NCBI GenBank assembly: GCA_048938105.1
Contig: JBHLMN010000001.1
Coordinates: 384,001 to 448,000 of the forward strand
Length of the DNA stretch: 64,000 bases
Direction: 5' to 3'
Source of the DNA: Promethearchaeota archaeon
GTDB taxonomy: Archaea > Asgardarchaeota > Heimdallarchaeia > Hodarchaeales > Hodarchaeaceae
The notes below the pieces were generated by a model that worked only from the letters and a program-made list of their open reading frames with translations, did not search any database and was not told the DNA's origin. Below, in pieces: positions 49,855 to 60,220 of the stretch (positions are counted from its first letter, which is position 1; each line of letters starts with the position of its first letter). The translations under genes were made by a program, and so were the position numbers.

Positions 49855-51459
49855 TTGTCTCAAAATAAGTTACTGATAGCTTTAGATGACCTTATTCAAT
49901 CACTCATAGATGAACCAGCTCCATCAAGAGCTAAACTCGAGACTCTTAAAAGAAGCATTGCGAAACAGTATAGACTTAAACGGTTTGTTCGAAATTCGGA
50001 AATTATTGAGTACATTCTCACTTCGGAAGATTTTACTGAATATGAAAAAGATTACTTAATACAATTTCTCCAAATCCGAAAAGTTAGAACAATCAGTGGT
50101 ATCGCAGTTGTTGCAGTGATGACAAAACCCTACTCCTGTCCAGGAGACTGTATTTATTGCCCTGAGGTTAATGGAGCACCAAAATCTTACACAGGAAAGG
50201 AACCTGCAGCAATGAGAGGGGCTCAAAACAACTTCATTCCAAAAAAACAAGTACAGGCTAGATTAAAACAACTTAAAAGTATAGGTCATCCGCTAGATAA
50301 GATCCATCTTGTAATAATGGGTGGAACATTTTTAGCAACACCCTTAGAGTACCAAGAATATTTCGTAAAGGAATGTCTTGATGGAATCACGGGAAAAACA
50401 TCAACGAATCTGAAAAACGCGCAAAGGTATGCAGAAACTAGTATTAATCGAAATGTCGGCATAACTTTTGAAACTCGGCCAGATTATTGTACTGGACCAC
50501 ATGTTAGTAAAATCTTGGAACTAGGGGGCACTTTTGTAGAAATTGGACTACAAACACTTTCTGATAAGATATTAAAGTTCATACAACGTCATCACACATT
50601 AGAAGACATAGAAAAAGCAATCCGTTACGCGAGGGATGGAGGACTGAAAGTGACTGTTCATATGATGCCAAACCTCTTTCAAACTCCTGAAGAAGATGTT
50701 CTTATGTTTGAAAAGCTCTACACGGATTCTAGATATATACCAGATGCCATTAAAATTTATCCCACCTTAGTTTTGCCGAATACTCGCTTATATAAGTTAT
50801 GGAAGGAAAAAACCTATATTCCTTATGATATTGATGATGTTTTAGATGTAATAACCTCAATTAAATCGAAAACGCCTCCTTTTGTACGCATACAACGTAT
50901 TCAAAGGGATATTCCTGCATACTTGATTGTGGATGGTGGTCGTTCGGGAAATCTAAGAGAAATGGCTCGAAGGAAATTATCAGAGCAAGGTGGGAAGTGT
51001 TCTTGTATTCGATGCAGAGAAGTTGGTCATCAAACTAATCTTGGGGATAAAACTTGGATAGATAAAGAGAAAAAATACCATATTTTTGAATATCATGCAT
51101 CTGATGGAATTGAACACTTCATTTCCTTTGAAACCAGTGACAGAGAGACACTTTTTGGATTTTTACGCCTTAGAGAACCATCATCTTATTTATTCCGTCC
51201 TGAGACAATCGATCCTCCAGCAACTTTGATCAGAGAACTCCATGTTTATGGAAGATTAGTAGGAATAGGAAAAATACCTAAAGAGCTGGAATGGCAGCAT
51301 AGGGGTCTGGGACAAGGGTTGATTTCGCTCGCAGAAGAAATCTCACTTGAAAGAGGATATAATAAAATTGTTGTGACGTCAGGAATCGGAGTTCGTGATT
51401 ACTATCGAAAACTCAAATATAACCAAAAGGGGCCATACATGGTTAAATCTTTAACATAA
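49855..51459 (+). CDS. elp3: tRNA uridine(34) carboxymethylase Elp3 (radical SAM + KAT)
   Basis: RTISG, CPGDCIYCP, PKSYTG.EP, ETRPD, RIQRDIP, RELHVYG, QHRGLG. Confidence 0.96.
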   Translation: MSQNKLLIALDDLIQSLIDEPAPSRAKLETLKRSIAKQYRLKRFVRNSEIIEYILTSEDFTEYEKDYLIQFLQIRKVRTISGIAVVAVMTKPYSCPGDCIYCPEVNGAPKSYTGKEPAAMRGAQNNFIPKKQVQARLKQLKSIGHPLDKIHLVIMGGTFLATPLEYQEYFVKECLDGITGKTSTNLKNAQRYAETSINRNVGITFETRPDYCTGPHVSKILELGGTFVEIGLQTLSDKILKFIQRHHTLEDIEKAIRYARDGGLKVTVHMMPNLFQTPEEDVLMFEKLYTDSRYIPDAIKIYPTLVLPNTRLYKLWKEKTYIPYDIDDVLDVITSIKSKTPPFVRIQRIQRDIPAYLIVDGGRSGNLREMARRKLSEQGGKCSCIRCREVGHQTNLGDKTWIDKEKKYHIFEYHASDGIEHFISFETSDRETLFGFLRLREPSSYLFRPETIDPPATLIRELHVYGRLVGIGKIPKELEWQHRGLGQGLISLAEEISLERGYNKIVVTSGIGVRDYYRKLKYNQKGPYMVKSLT

Positions 51460-51500
51460 CGTAATAAAACAAGAAATGAAGGAGGATTTTATGGATGTCC

Positions 51501-52388
51501 TCATTCCAATCTCATGAGCATTTCCCATTCAAATTGAATATCTTTCTTAAGTTCTTCAATTTGCTCAGGGGTCATCTTTTTAAAGCGCCCTTGTTTATTT
51601 AGATACTCTTCTAATGGTAGTCTATTATCAGGATCTCGGTACTTCATTCCACGTTTACTGAAGGTAAGTTTCCCATTTTCAATTTCAAAAAGTGGAAAAT
51701 ATCCCGTTTGTACAGATAATTTACCAAGTTCTGGAGTAATAGCGGGATCAGAGTTCCAACCAGTAGGACATGGAGCATCTATAAGAATGAATCGGTATCC
51801 TTCTATGTTTCCAGCTTTTTTAGCTTTTGTATACAAATCTCGAGGATAACCAATGGATGAAGTTGCAATATAGGGTACATCATGAGCAGCCATAATACGA
51901 GTAACACTTTTTCTCTTTTCCTGTTTACCTATTGGAGTTGTAGTTGTAGATGCACCTCGAGGAGTAGCCCCGCTTCGTTGAGCGCCAGTATTACTATAGA
52001 AACCATTATCGTAGCAAAAGTGGAGGATGTCCTCACTTCTTTCGGCTGCTCCAGACCAAGTAGCAACACCAATATCATAGGTTCCCCCGTCTCCAGACCA
52101 AACCACAGTTGTCACTTTCTCTCCTCTCCTTTTCTTAGCCCTTGAAATTCCAGAAGCTGCACTAGCATGAGCTGCAAATGCAATGTTCAAAGTAGGAACA
52201 TTATAGGTGACGTGTGGATGGAGACTTTGGATAACAGAAGCACAACATGCAGGAATCACTACAATAGGTCGCTCTAACGCTGATATAGCAGTACGATACG
52301 CAATAGAAAGGCCACAGCCAGCACATGCAAAATTCCCTCTTAATAGAACTTCTGGACGATCTAGCATCTCTTTTATCTTGACACTCAT
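51501..52388 (-). CDS. porB: Pyruvate/2-ketoisovalerate:ferredoxin oxidoreductase beta subunit
   Basis: ACAGCG, GDGGTYDIG, YDN..YSNTG.QRS, PCPTGW. Confidence 0.92.
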   Translation of the reverse strand: MSVKIKEMLDRPEVLLRGNFACAGCGLSIAYRTAISALERPIVVIPACCASVIQSLHPHVTYNVPTLNIAFAAHASAASGISRAKKRRGEKVTTVVWSGDGGTYDIGVATWSGAAERSEDILHFCYDNGFYSNTGAQRSGATPRGASTTTTPIGKQEKRKSVTRIMAAHDVPYIATSSIGYPRDLYTKAKKAGNIEGYRFILIDAPCPTGWNSDPAITPELGKLSVQTGYFPLFEIENGKLTFSKRGMKYRDPDNRLPLEEYLNKQGRFKKMTPEQIEELKKDIQFEWEMLMRLE

Positions 52389-52403
52389 TTCTTCATTCCT
52401 CTA

Positions 52404-53552
52404 TTACATGATTTTTTCTACTTCAAAAGCGATATCCATGTATGTAACATCCATTCCTCCTAGACCTCGGATAATTTGGTGAAATTCAATATCTACCTTA
52501 TTTGCGTACAATTCAGCCTGAATTTCAATTGCAAGCTGACCAGCATTGCCAAACGAAACAGATCGATCAATGACTAAGACTTTTGGTACTCTTCTCAAAG
52601 CTGCAATTAATTCTTTTTTTGGAAATGGTCGAATAACACGTGGTCGAATAACAACAGCCTTAATACCTTTCTTATTCAAAACTTCCAGCGATTGTTCAGC
52701 TTCTTCCCCTAAAGTTCCTATGGCAACGATAGCAACGTTTGCGTCGTTAATATCACCCACGATTTCAACCATTTCTTTGCTGAGTCTTCCGAATTTTTCG
52801 TAATACTCATTGAAAACTTTAGGGATAATAACTCGTGCATTGTTAAATCCATCAATTAATGACATTCTTTGCTCCCAAATGCCTTTAGAATCAGTAAGGG
52901 ATCCATGGGCGAAAGGATCATCAGGATCTAACATCGCAAGTGGTTTAAAAGGAGGGAGAAATTCATCAACTTCCTCTTGGGTTGGAATTTCTACCTGAGC
53001 TGATGTATGACTCAGGATGAATCCATCCAAACAAATCATAACTGGCATCCACACCTTATGATGTTCAGCAATTTTGAATGCACAGAGGGTTAGGTCTAAC
53101 ACTTCTTGATTGTTCTTTGCATAAAATTGAATCCATCCCGCATCCCTAAAAGTCATTGAATCTTGGTGATCTGGCCATATATTCCAAGGATTTAGAGAAC
53201 GATTCACTACTGGCATTACAATAGGAACCCGTGTCACTCCAGCCCACCATACCAACTCCCCCATGTAAAGAAGACCGTGGGCACTAGTTGCAGTAAAAGT
53301 TCGTACACCTCCTAATGAAGCACCAATTGCAGCACCCATTGCACTATGTTCACTTTCGACGTTTACAAAATCACAATCAAACTCTCCCCTTGCGATCATT
53401 CCTGATATAGTCTCAACAATAAGTGTTTGAGGAGTAATAGGATAAGCTGGAATAACTTGTGGCCTTGCTAGTTTTGCTGCAGTAGCCACAGCGGCATTTC
53501 CAGTCAATAATTGAATATTAGATTTTTTCATTGTCTGTACCACTTTTCTCAC
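52404..53552 (-). CDS. porA: Pyruvate/2-ketoisovalerate:ferredoxin oxidoreductase alpha subunit
   Basis: AYPITPQT, ESEHSA, RTFTATS, DGFILSH. Confidence 0.92.
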   Translation of the reverse strand: MRKVVQTMKKSNIQLLTGNAAVATAAKLARPQVIPAYPITPQTLIVETISGMIARGEFDCDFVNVESEHSAMGAAIGASLGGVRTFTATSAHGLLYMGELVWWAGVTRVPIVMPVVNRSLNPWNIWPDHQDSMTFRDAGWIQFYAKNNQEVLDLTLCAFKIAEHHKVWMPVMICLDGFILSHTSAQVEIPTQEEVDEFLPPFKPLAMLDPDDPFAHGSLTDSKGIWEQRMSLIDGFNNARVIIPKVFNEYYEKFGRLSKEMVEIVGDINDANVAIVAIGTLGEEAEQSLEVLNKKGIKAVVIRPRVIRPFPKKELIAALRRVPKVLVIDRSVSFGNAGQLAIEIQAELYANKVDIEFHQIIRGLGGMDVTYMDIAFEVEKIM

Positions 53553-53834
53553 CTATTCTTTCTCCATTTTAAGCGCGTCTTGAGGGCAGACATGTACACA
53601 CACCCCACAACCTTTACAATAAACATAATCAATGTAGGGATATTCTCCTTTAGCATCAACACGAATAGTGCCTTCTGGACAAAACATCCAGCATTGATAA
53701 CATTTAGTGCACTGTTCTTCAAAGAAAACTGGTTTACTTGTTCGCCAATCACCAGTCGTACCTGGACCTGGAGCAGAACCTACCGTAGGTCTACCTAATG
53801 GTAAAACGGGATCTTTCATTTCACTTTCATCCAT
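53553..53834 (-). CDS. porD: Oxidoreductase delta subunit (2x[4Fe-4S])
   Basis: TGDWR..KP, CTKCYQCWMFCP, YCKGCGVC...CP. Confidence 0.93.
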   Translation of the reverse strand: MDESEMKDPVLPLGRPTVGSAPGPGTTGDWRTSKPVFFEEQCTKCYQCWMFCPEGTIRVDAKGEYPYIDYVYCKGCGVCVHVCPQDALKMEKE

Positions 53835-53848
53835 TGATTTGACCTCAG

Positions 53849-54430
53849 TTAGTTAATGAATTCAAATCTTTCAAAGGCCATTCTTATCGATCGAATATTA
53901 GCCTCAGCCAGTTCTCCTTCTCCAAATTGATGTTTGATAGCAGCAATAAGCTCTTCTAGACTAATCAACCCTGTAGCTTTGACCCAAGCTCCCAACATTG
54001 TTGCGCTAACCATCATTGTTCCTGATTTAATCAATCCACATTCTCGAGCAATATCTACCGCATCGACTTTTCCTATTCTTAGGGTTTCGTTTCCTTTTAA
54101 TGCAGGAGGAATTTCCGATGAATTAAGTACGATAATTGTTCCAGGAGTTATATCATCGAGAGGCATGGTTTCGACTAACGAGGGTTCCAACACGATCCAA
54201 CTATGAGTATTTTCTGTAATTACTGGAGCATGTGTTTTCACATGTTTGTCAGATATTCGTACATCTGCAAAAATAGGAGCACCTTTACGTTCAGCTCCAT
54301 ATTTGGGAATTGCCTGGACGAATTTTCCGCCAAGATGGCCACTATATGCTAGTACTTTCGCAGCTGTTACTCCACCCTGTCCTCCCCGGCTTAGAATTCG
54401 AATTTCAGTCATCATCCATTTTCCATCCAT
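53849..54430 (-). CDS. porG: Oxidoreductase gamma subunit
   Basis: EIRILSRGGQGGVT, YGAERKGAP. Confidence 0.92.
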   Translation of the reverse strand: MDGKWMMTEIRILSRGGQGGVTAAKVLAYSGHLGGKFVQAIPKYGAERKGAPIFADVRISDKHVKTHAPVITENTHSWIVLEPSLVETMPLDDITPGTIIVLNSSEIPPALKGNETLRIGKVDAVDIARECGLIKSGTMMVSATMLGAWVKATGLISLEELIAAIKHQFGEGELAEANIRSIRMAFERFEFIN

Positions 54431-54580
54431 AAAAAAAGCCTTTTAGAATCCTCTAGGCCTATATAGATCCACAATGACTTCTAAAGATTTATAATTAAGA
54501 CATCTTTATGCTTATTTAAGAACTATTTGTGAGGACAATTTGCAAACATTTACCAAAAATAAATTATCATAAAACCTTAT

Positions 54581-54621
54581 TATTGAAAGAGATAGCCACC
54601 TCACTATTGAAAGAAATAACC
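54581..54621. repeat. Direct repeat TATTGAAAGARATARCC x2 upstream of the por operon
   Basis: Copies at 54581-54597 and 54605-54621. Confidence 0.5.
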
Positions 54622-54867
54622 TTAGTTCTTTAAGAATATTATTAGGTAATAAATCTTTTAAAATTTACTTCGAAATTTATGAAAAAAAATGCTAATGATT
54701 CAATTCTTAGCCATACTAAGGTATTAGAGTTATTAATACTCGTAAAAGCCATTTAATAAACAAATCTTTGATTTTTAAGAAAAACTAGATAAGGATAAAT
54801 TAATAAGAAAAAAGCAAGTATTCAGATACAATCCCATATTAGACTTTATGAATTTGCTGGAATGGTC

Positions 54868-54972
54868 GGGCCGATAGCTCAGCTTGGTAGTAGCGCCTGC
54901 TTGGCAAATAGTACTCTCTTGAGTATAAATCCTGAATGCAGGAGGTCGTGGGTCCAAATCCCACTCGGTCCA
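54868..54972 (+). tRNA. tRNA-Ala(GGC) with 30-nt intron at position 37/38 (54907-54936)
   Basis: Acceptor stem GGGCCGA/TCGGTCC with G3:U70, anticodon stem CCTGC/GCAGG, relaxed BHB motif, no encoded CCA. Confidence 0.93.
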
Positions 54973-55213
54973 TTTCCCTTCTTTTCACCTAAATGCAATA
55001 TCAGAATAGTTAAAACCCAATATCACTCTAAAATGTTCACAATTTCCTCAATAATGATTAGCTTATTTCAACTAAGAATATTAAGAGTTTTAAGGGTGGA
55101 TATTACGCATTTAATTACAAGACAACAATTATTAATCACCGATATGAAGGCTTTTAAAGGTTGAAACTGGTTCCCTTTGCATAGACGTTTATAAATTTGA
55201 GAAGGCTCATAGC

Positions 55214-55987
55214 ATGTCACACACTTATTGTACGAATTGTGGGAAAGAAATTAGCGTAACTGCTCGTTTTTGTCGTTTTTGTGGAACCCCAATAAAAAGA
55301 TCTCAAGATCCAGCTCCAACTCCAAGATCTTCTTCCCCCTCTCTAAGTGTACCTCCCGCACCTACTAGAGAAACGATTACACCTCCAGCTGAAGTAGTCG
55401 AAAGAATTCCAGATGAAATTGTTGAAATTCTTTATGCACGAAAGAGAAAAGATCAAATCAAGACTGAGTTAAAGAAATTACTTGATGAGATTGATGAACT
55501 TACTAAAAAAGTTGAGATTGGACTTATTGATGAAAGCGAATCTACAGAAATGATAGAAGAAATCCAATCCAATGTAGTTACACTTCAAGAAGAACAGAAA
55601 ACTCTTGAAACTCAACCACTAGAGCTTGAAACCTTGGTTGAAGATGAGAAAAAATGGCAAAAACGCTTAGAAAAAATCGAAGAGAAAAGACGAGTTCAAG
55701 CTGTTTCTGATAGTGTATATTCTTCTCTTCGAGATGAATACTCTTCGGAATTAGCTGCTATTCAAAAGAAAGTAGCAGTTGAGGAGCGAAAAGCAAGACG
55801 TTGGCTTGTGGACCTTCAGAAAGAGGCAAGAGATCTTGAAACAAAAATTGAAAGAATTCGTGTTCGTGGGGAAATAGAAGGTCTAAATAAGTCAGAAATC
55901 AACCAAAAAACGGAGGAATTATCCTTAAACCAAGCCAAAAAAGCAACAGCTTCAGAAGTTCTCACACAGATACTAGGATCTCTTTAG
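55214..55987 (+). CDS. Zinc-ribbon + Pro-rich linker + CdvA-like coiled-coil protein
   Basis: YCTNCG..FCRFCG; repeated G-I/V..Y..L hinge pattern and IRVRGEI, as recalled for CdvA coiled coils. Confidence 0.6.
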   Translation: MSHTYCTNCGKEISVTARFCRFCGTPIKRSQDPAPTPRSSSPSLSVPPAPTRETITPPAEVVERIPDEIVEILYARKRKDQIKTELKKLLDEIDELTKKVEIGLIDESESTEMIEEIQSNVVTLQEEQKTLETQPLELETLVEDEKKWQKRLEKIEEKRRVQAVSDSVYSSLRDEYSSELAAIQKKVAVEERKARRWLVDLQKEARDLETKIERIRVRGEIEGLNKSEINQKTEELSLNQAKKATASEVLTQILGSL

Positions 55988-57309
55988 TGTAAAAAATTAA
56001 GGATTTTTTCTTTTTCTTCTTCCACCTCCTGGGAAAAGGATAATATTTTTTCTTTTATTTCAGGAACCTCCTTTTTAAGTCTGGTAATTTCAGATTCCAT
56101 TTCATTAAAATCTTGAATCGTGTTTTGAGCTTCAGAATATTGAGGATCTTGTAGCATCTTTGTCTCGATTTCGTCAAGTTCTTTCTCAAGTTTTCTAAGA
56201 TGAGCAAATTTTTCTAAAGTATCTTTATTTACTATAAATTGTCGTAATTCGCTTGGATCTTCGAACTTAAACCAATTCTTTCCACTTAATAACTCGAAGC
56301 CGTGGGTTTCAAAAATAAAGACGATCTGTCGCCATAATTCTTCGTTTAATCCTTCATATCTCGTTGGTTCAAGGATTAAACCTAGGAAGTCTTCTTTTTG
56401 TTCCAAACTACGACTTTCACGTCTTTCAATCATCTTCATATAGCGTTCTAAACCTGTAGTTAGAACTTTTAGGAACAGAGATAAGTCTGGATCTAAGAAA
56501 AGCCCTTCTTTTTCCCGTATTATTGATGGAATTCCACTTTTTTCCCTATGAAGTTCAATTTGATTTCCATAACGAGGCAAATCTACTTTTATTTCTGCTA
56601 AGCTTGCACTTAATTTTGCTATTTCATTATTTTTCTTTTTAAATAAGATTTCATATTCTCTTTTCTCTGCATTTTTTTTGGTCAAAATATTTAATAATCG
56701 AGAGAGGGAATCAAAAAAATTTTTCCCATCTGAATCTTCGATAATAAATAATTCTTGCTTTTTGATAATATCTTCAAGAATAAGGGGATAATTTTCATCA
56801 GATAGCAATTTTTGATACGCTTTCTTAGCATTGCGGATAAATTTCATGTCTTTTTGGTATTTTACTGGGGGATTCACGCTTTTCTTAAATTCCAATTCAA
56901 TCTTTCTGAGATCAAAATCTACAACTTCCAGTTCTTTTCGGTATCCTCTACGAGATCGTGACTTCAATTGAGAAATTACCTGATACGAACTCAAATTTTC
57001 AAAAATTTCTTGACATACTGTTCCATAACGAAACATATTCGCAGTAGATTCTGGGATTGTGTCATCTGACTCCTTTGCTTTTTTAACTATTGTTTTAGAC
57101 CGATTTATTAATTCTATAGTGCTTTCTCCCAAACGAAAACCTTTTCTTCCTGTATTAATCTTTAACTGATCTTTCGGAAAATATTTTGAACAAAGTCTAA
57201 GCAACCTTTCTTTTGCATACTCCTTGGAATCAAATTTTGATACCATATGATATATTTCCTTGATTTTTAATAACCTGAAATCGTCGTCATTATTACTGAA
57301 AGGAAACAA
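55984..57309 (-). CDS. Long coiled-coil protein of unknown function
   Basis: K/E-rich helical protein; coil-globule-coil layout like 3683..4930. Confidence 0.65.
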   Translation of the reverse strand: MFPFSNNDDDFRLLKIKEIYHMVSKFDSKEYAKERLLRLCSKYFPKDQLKINTGRKGFRLGESTIELINRSKTIVKKAKESDDTIPESTANMFRYGTVCQEIFENLSSYQVISQLKSRSRRGYRKELEVVDFDLRKIELEFKKSVNPPVKYQKDMKFIRNAKKAYQKLLSDENYPLILEDIIKKQELFIIEDSDGKNFFDSLSRLLNILTKKNAEKREYEILFKKKNNEIAKLSASLAEIKVDLPRYGNQIELHREKSGIPSIIREKEGLFLDPDLSLFLKVLTTGLERYMKMIERRESRSLEQKEDFLGLILEPTRYEGLNEELWRQIVFIFETHGFELLSGKNWFKFEDPSELRQFIVNKDTLEKFAHLRKLEKELDEIETKMLQDPQYSEAQNTIQDFNEMESEITRLKKEVPEIKEKILSFSQEVEEEKEKILNFLH

Positions 57310-57322
57310 ATATCATAAAAGT

Positions 57323-58009
57323 TCATTCAGAACTCTCAGGTGTAAGAATAACCCAGTCACTCATTCTGAGATTAAGCATCATATCTTCACCATTAGGACA
57401 TTCAATCCTCAAAACTAATTGTTTTTTGCTCTGTAATATGACTTCAGGATGCAAGCATCCCTCGCGTAATTTTTCTAGTAAGAAGCGAACATAAGAATCA
57501 GAGATCGCAGTCAAAGAACCATCTTGTAAGTTTTCAGCCATCTGTCCAGGATATATTTGCACTTTACGACCACTACGTTTTGTTATTATCAGATCAACGT
57601 TTTCTAGTCTATTTAGATGATATCTAACTGTATCATGATGAACAGATGGAGTTATTCCTTGAGCAATTTGGCTTTGAAAGGCACCAGGGTTGTTTAATAC
57701 ATAATTAAAGATTTTATTGGCTGTTTTTGGCCTTAAGACAGCGAAAATCCGCTCCGCTTCAGCCGATCGAAGCCCTGCTGGGTAGTAAATGCGTTTTCCC
57801 GCATATTTCAGTGATTTAATAAGATGATCTTCCTCTAAACGCTTCAAATGCCAATTTAGAGTTCCTTGAGGTAGGTCTAGATATTTAGCCAAATCAAAAA
57901 AATACGAGCCAGGATTTTCTGCTAGGATTGAATATATTTTCCTTCGAAGTGGGTGTAATAAAAGACTAATTTCTCTGTCATCAGAAGCTAAGGTCATATT
58001 ATGATTCAT
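57323..58009 (-). CDS. Tandem winged-helix (ArsR-like, COG3398-type) transcriptional regulator
   Basis: Two repeats of R.KI...I..NPG....A......T..(W/Y)HL.RLE. Confidence 0.85.
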   Translation of the reverse strand: MNHNMTLASDDREISLLLHPLRRKIYSILAENPGSYFFDLAKYLDLPQGTLNWHLKRLEEDHLIKSLKYAGKRIYYPAGLRSAEAERIFAVLRPKTANKIFNYVLNNPGAFQSQIAQGITPSVHHDTVRYHLNRLENVDLIITKRSGRKVQIYPGQMAENLQDGSLTAISDSYVRFLLEKLREGCLHPEVILQSKKQLVLRIECPNGEDMMLNLRMSDWVILTPESSE

Positions 58010-58340
58010 CTTCTTCGTAGGATTTTTGTTTAGCGATAGGAAGCGTTCAATGAAGCTCTTGAATAAGAACTGTCTATTGGGGCTCTTGTGTAGCCCTCGG
58101 TTTTTATTCTTTCTTTTTTAAAGATTTGTACCTGAACCTGAATTAACAGAATATTTGGGTGAATAAAGGCTTTTAATGGTATTGTTAGTCTCTTTGAAAA
58201 TTATAACTGGAATTCTTTATTTAAAAATAAATGACTGATATACTTTAGAAGAATCAAAAAGTAGAAAATGAAAAAGGGATGCCCACTTCTTAATCTAAAT
58301 TAATTGAGGAAAAAAGGAAAAAAGTGAGTCAAAAAGGAAG

Positions 58341-58760
58341 TTAGGCTACAAGTGTGGTTATATCTACCTTACTTACGCCTTTAATTTCCGCTAGCTCATC
58401 TTTCAGCTGTTCTTGTGAGATTGTTAGGTCACTGGAATCCAAATAGCCTTCATAGGTACAGCTATCTTGTGTGAAACACAGCCCTGTGCTGTAAAGGGTC
58501 TTTATTTTACTTCTCATAAAGACAACACCCAACTCTTGCAAGAAGTCAGGTGATAGCTCACCGATTTCTATAGCAACTTTAACAACTTCAGGACTTTTAG
58601 TCGGAATAATCCTAATGATTTTTGTCGAAGGAGCAAGGATCATTACAGCAGAACTTTCCTCAACATCCTTGGGGCGTAAGGTTTCAAGAAAGTCAGCAGG
58701 AAGGGAAATCGGTTTTGACTCTTGAAGTTGAATCATTTTTGCGATTGTAACAGCAGACAT
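58341..58760 (-). CDS. AbrB-like N-terminus + ACT-domain regulatory protein
   Basis: ISLPADFLETL swapped-hairpin pattern; SPDFLQEL...L.EIKGVSKV ACT pattern. Confidence 0.55.
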   Translation of the reverse strand: MSAVTIAKMIQLQESKPISLPADFLETLRPKDVEESSAVMILAPSTKIIRIIPTKSPEVVKVAIEIGELSPDFLQELGVVFMRSKIKTLYSTGLCFTQDSCTYEGYLDSSDLTISQEQLKDELAEIKGVSKVDITTLVA

Positions 58761-58893
58761 TTATCTATTATCCTCCGCTAATTATTCTAATTTTCATTAT
58801 GATCTGAAGGGGTTTCTTATGCTTTGAGCTGCTAAGACTAGCAAATCTCATTTACAAACAATTTGGATTGCTTTCTATTTATTAAGGTTTTTA

Positions 58894-58935
58894 TTTTTGC
58901 GAGAATTTCGAATTTTTTTGCGAGAAATTCGAATT
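58894..58935. repeat. Tandem 21-bp direct repeat TTTTTGCGAGAAWTTCGAATT x2
   Basis: Copies at 58894-58914 and 58915-58935 with one mismatch. Confidence 0.75.
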
Positions 58936-59485
58936 GAACCTTTGCCTCATAATATCAAAAATCTTTAAGATGTGGGACAGTTAGGTGCTTAGGTTGAGAC
59001 TAGAGAGGTAAGTACTTCAAAACTAATTTTGTGTTGAAAAACCTATTAAATATCTTCACATTAGGATCCAATCCAGAATCGGTCATGATTAAACACTTAT
59101 TTTTATTTATTTGCCCAAAAAAAACAATAATTCTACTTATAGCTAATACTATCTCTGGAAGATTATTTAAAAATCGGTAAATTTCAGCTTTAATAGTTTA
59201 ACTTCAATTAATTGTATCTTAACTCAATACATAGAGAAAGAAGTGATTCATGCTTCATATGGCTGAATATTGATTTTTACTGCAAATATAATTCTGTATT
59301 CTTGGGATAAGCATACAAAATCATCTAAAAGTGTTTGAATTTATTCGTCATCTTTCTGTTGTGCTAATGATTATTTCTATACTTTCTTCTTATTGTCATG
59401 TTGGTTTAGTGATGAAACAAAGATGCTCATGTTGCATATCGATAAGAGTTCTAAGGATAACTGCAGCTAATCCGAAAATAACTTA

Positions 59486-60220
59486 ATGAAAGGTTATTTT
59501 TATAAACCACTCATTAAAGCTAATCTTTTTGATGAAACATCACCCCTTTTGTTGCTTTTCTCAAGTGTAAGAAAAAAAGTGGGGAAAATTATCATGGTAT
59601 TAGATAGAGACATTCGATTGACGATCCTTGGTCATACTGGTGTAGGAAAAACCAGTCTAATCAAGCGATTGAAAGGAGAAGATCCTACTTCGACAGAAAG
59701 AACTTTAGATATAACTGTAGAGAAAAAGAAAATAACTCTACTGTCGAGTAGTAAGCATTCAAGATTATCCTTTGAGCGATACAGAAAATATAACGTGATT
59801 GCAGTAGATAATCCTGGAGATTTCAAACTTCGCCGTAAGTGGCGCGAAGCAATGAGAAAATACAAAACAGACGGAATTTTATTTATGTTAGATCCTATCC
59901 AAGGAGTAGAAACTCAAAGAGTGGCAATGGAAGATTCATTCAATTATTTTCTTGACAGTTTGAGCTTAGATCCTGATAAAGCTGATAGAAAAGCAAGAAA
60001 AAAGAAAACTCTTTTTTATTTTGTAATCAATAAGATGGATACAATTGATAATGATAAAAAGAAAGCACGTGTGTTTTTAGAGAATTTCAATATCGTTATC
60101 CAAGACTATAAAATGACTTTTCCTTTCGCTAAATTCTTAGAGGCATTCATTAGTGTTCATAAATCCCCCTACGAGGAAATTGATGCAATTTTTGAAAAAT
60201 GTAAACGAGCATTATATTAG
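59486..60220 (+). CDS. Small GTPase, Ras superfamily, unassigned subfamily (start likely ATG at 59594)
   Basis: GHTGVGKT, T in ERTLD, DNPG, NKMD, ISVH. Confidence 0.85.
   Translation: MKGYFYKPLIKANLFDETSPLLLLFSSVRKKVGKIIMVLDRDIRLTILGHTGVGKTSLIKRLKGEDPTSTERTLDITVEKKKITLLSSSKHSRLSFERYRKYNVIAVDNPGDFKLRRKWREAMRKYKTDGILFMLDPIQGVETQRVAMEDSFNYFLDSLSLDPDKADRKARKKKTLFYFVINKMDTIDNDKKKARVFLENFNIVIQDYKMTFPFAKFLEAFISVHKSPYEEIDAIFEKCKRALY

Noticed and set aside
54581-54621. CRISPR array (ATTGAAAG resembles repeat ends)
   Set aside because: Only two short copies with a 7-bp gap, no spacers and no cas genes
54862-55164. 100-aa ORF (and the 54775..54957 antisense ORF)
   Set aside because: Overlaps the tRNA-Ala gene; spurious
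54973-57309. Integrated element at the tRNA 3' end
   Set aside because: No integrase, no duplicated tRNA 3' end and no obvious compositional shift seen
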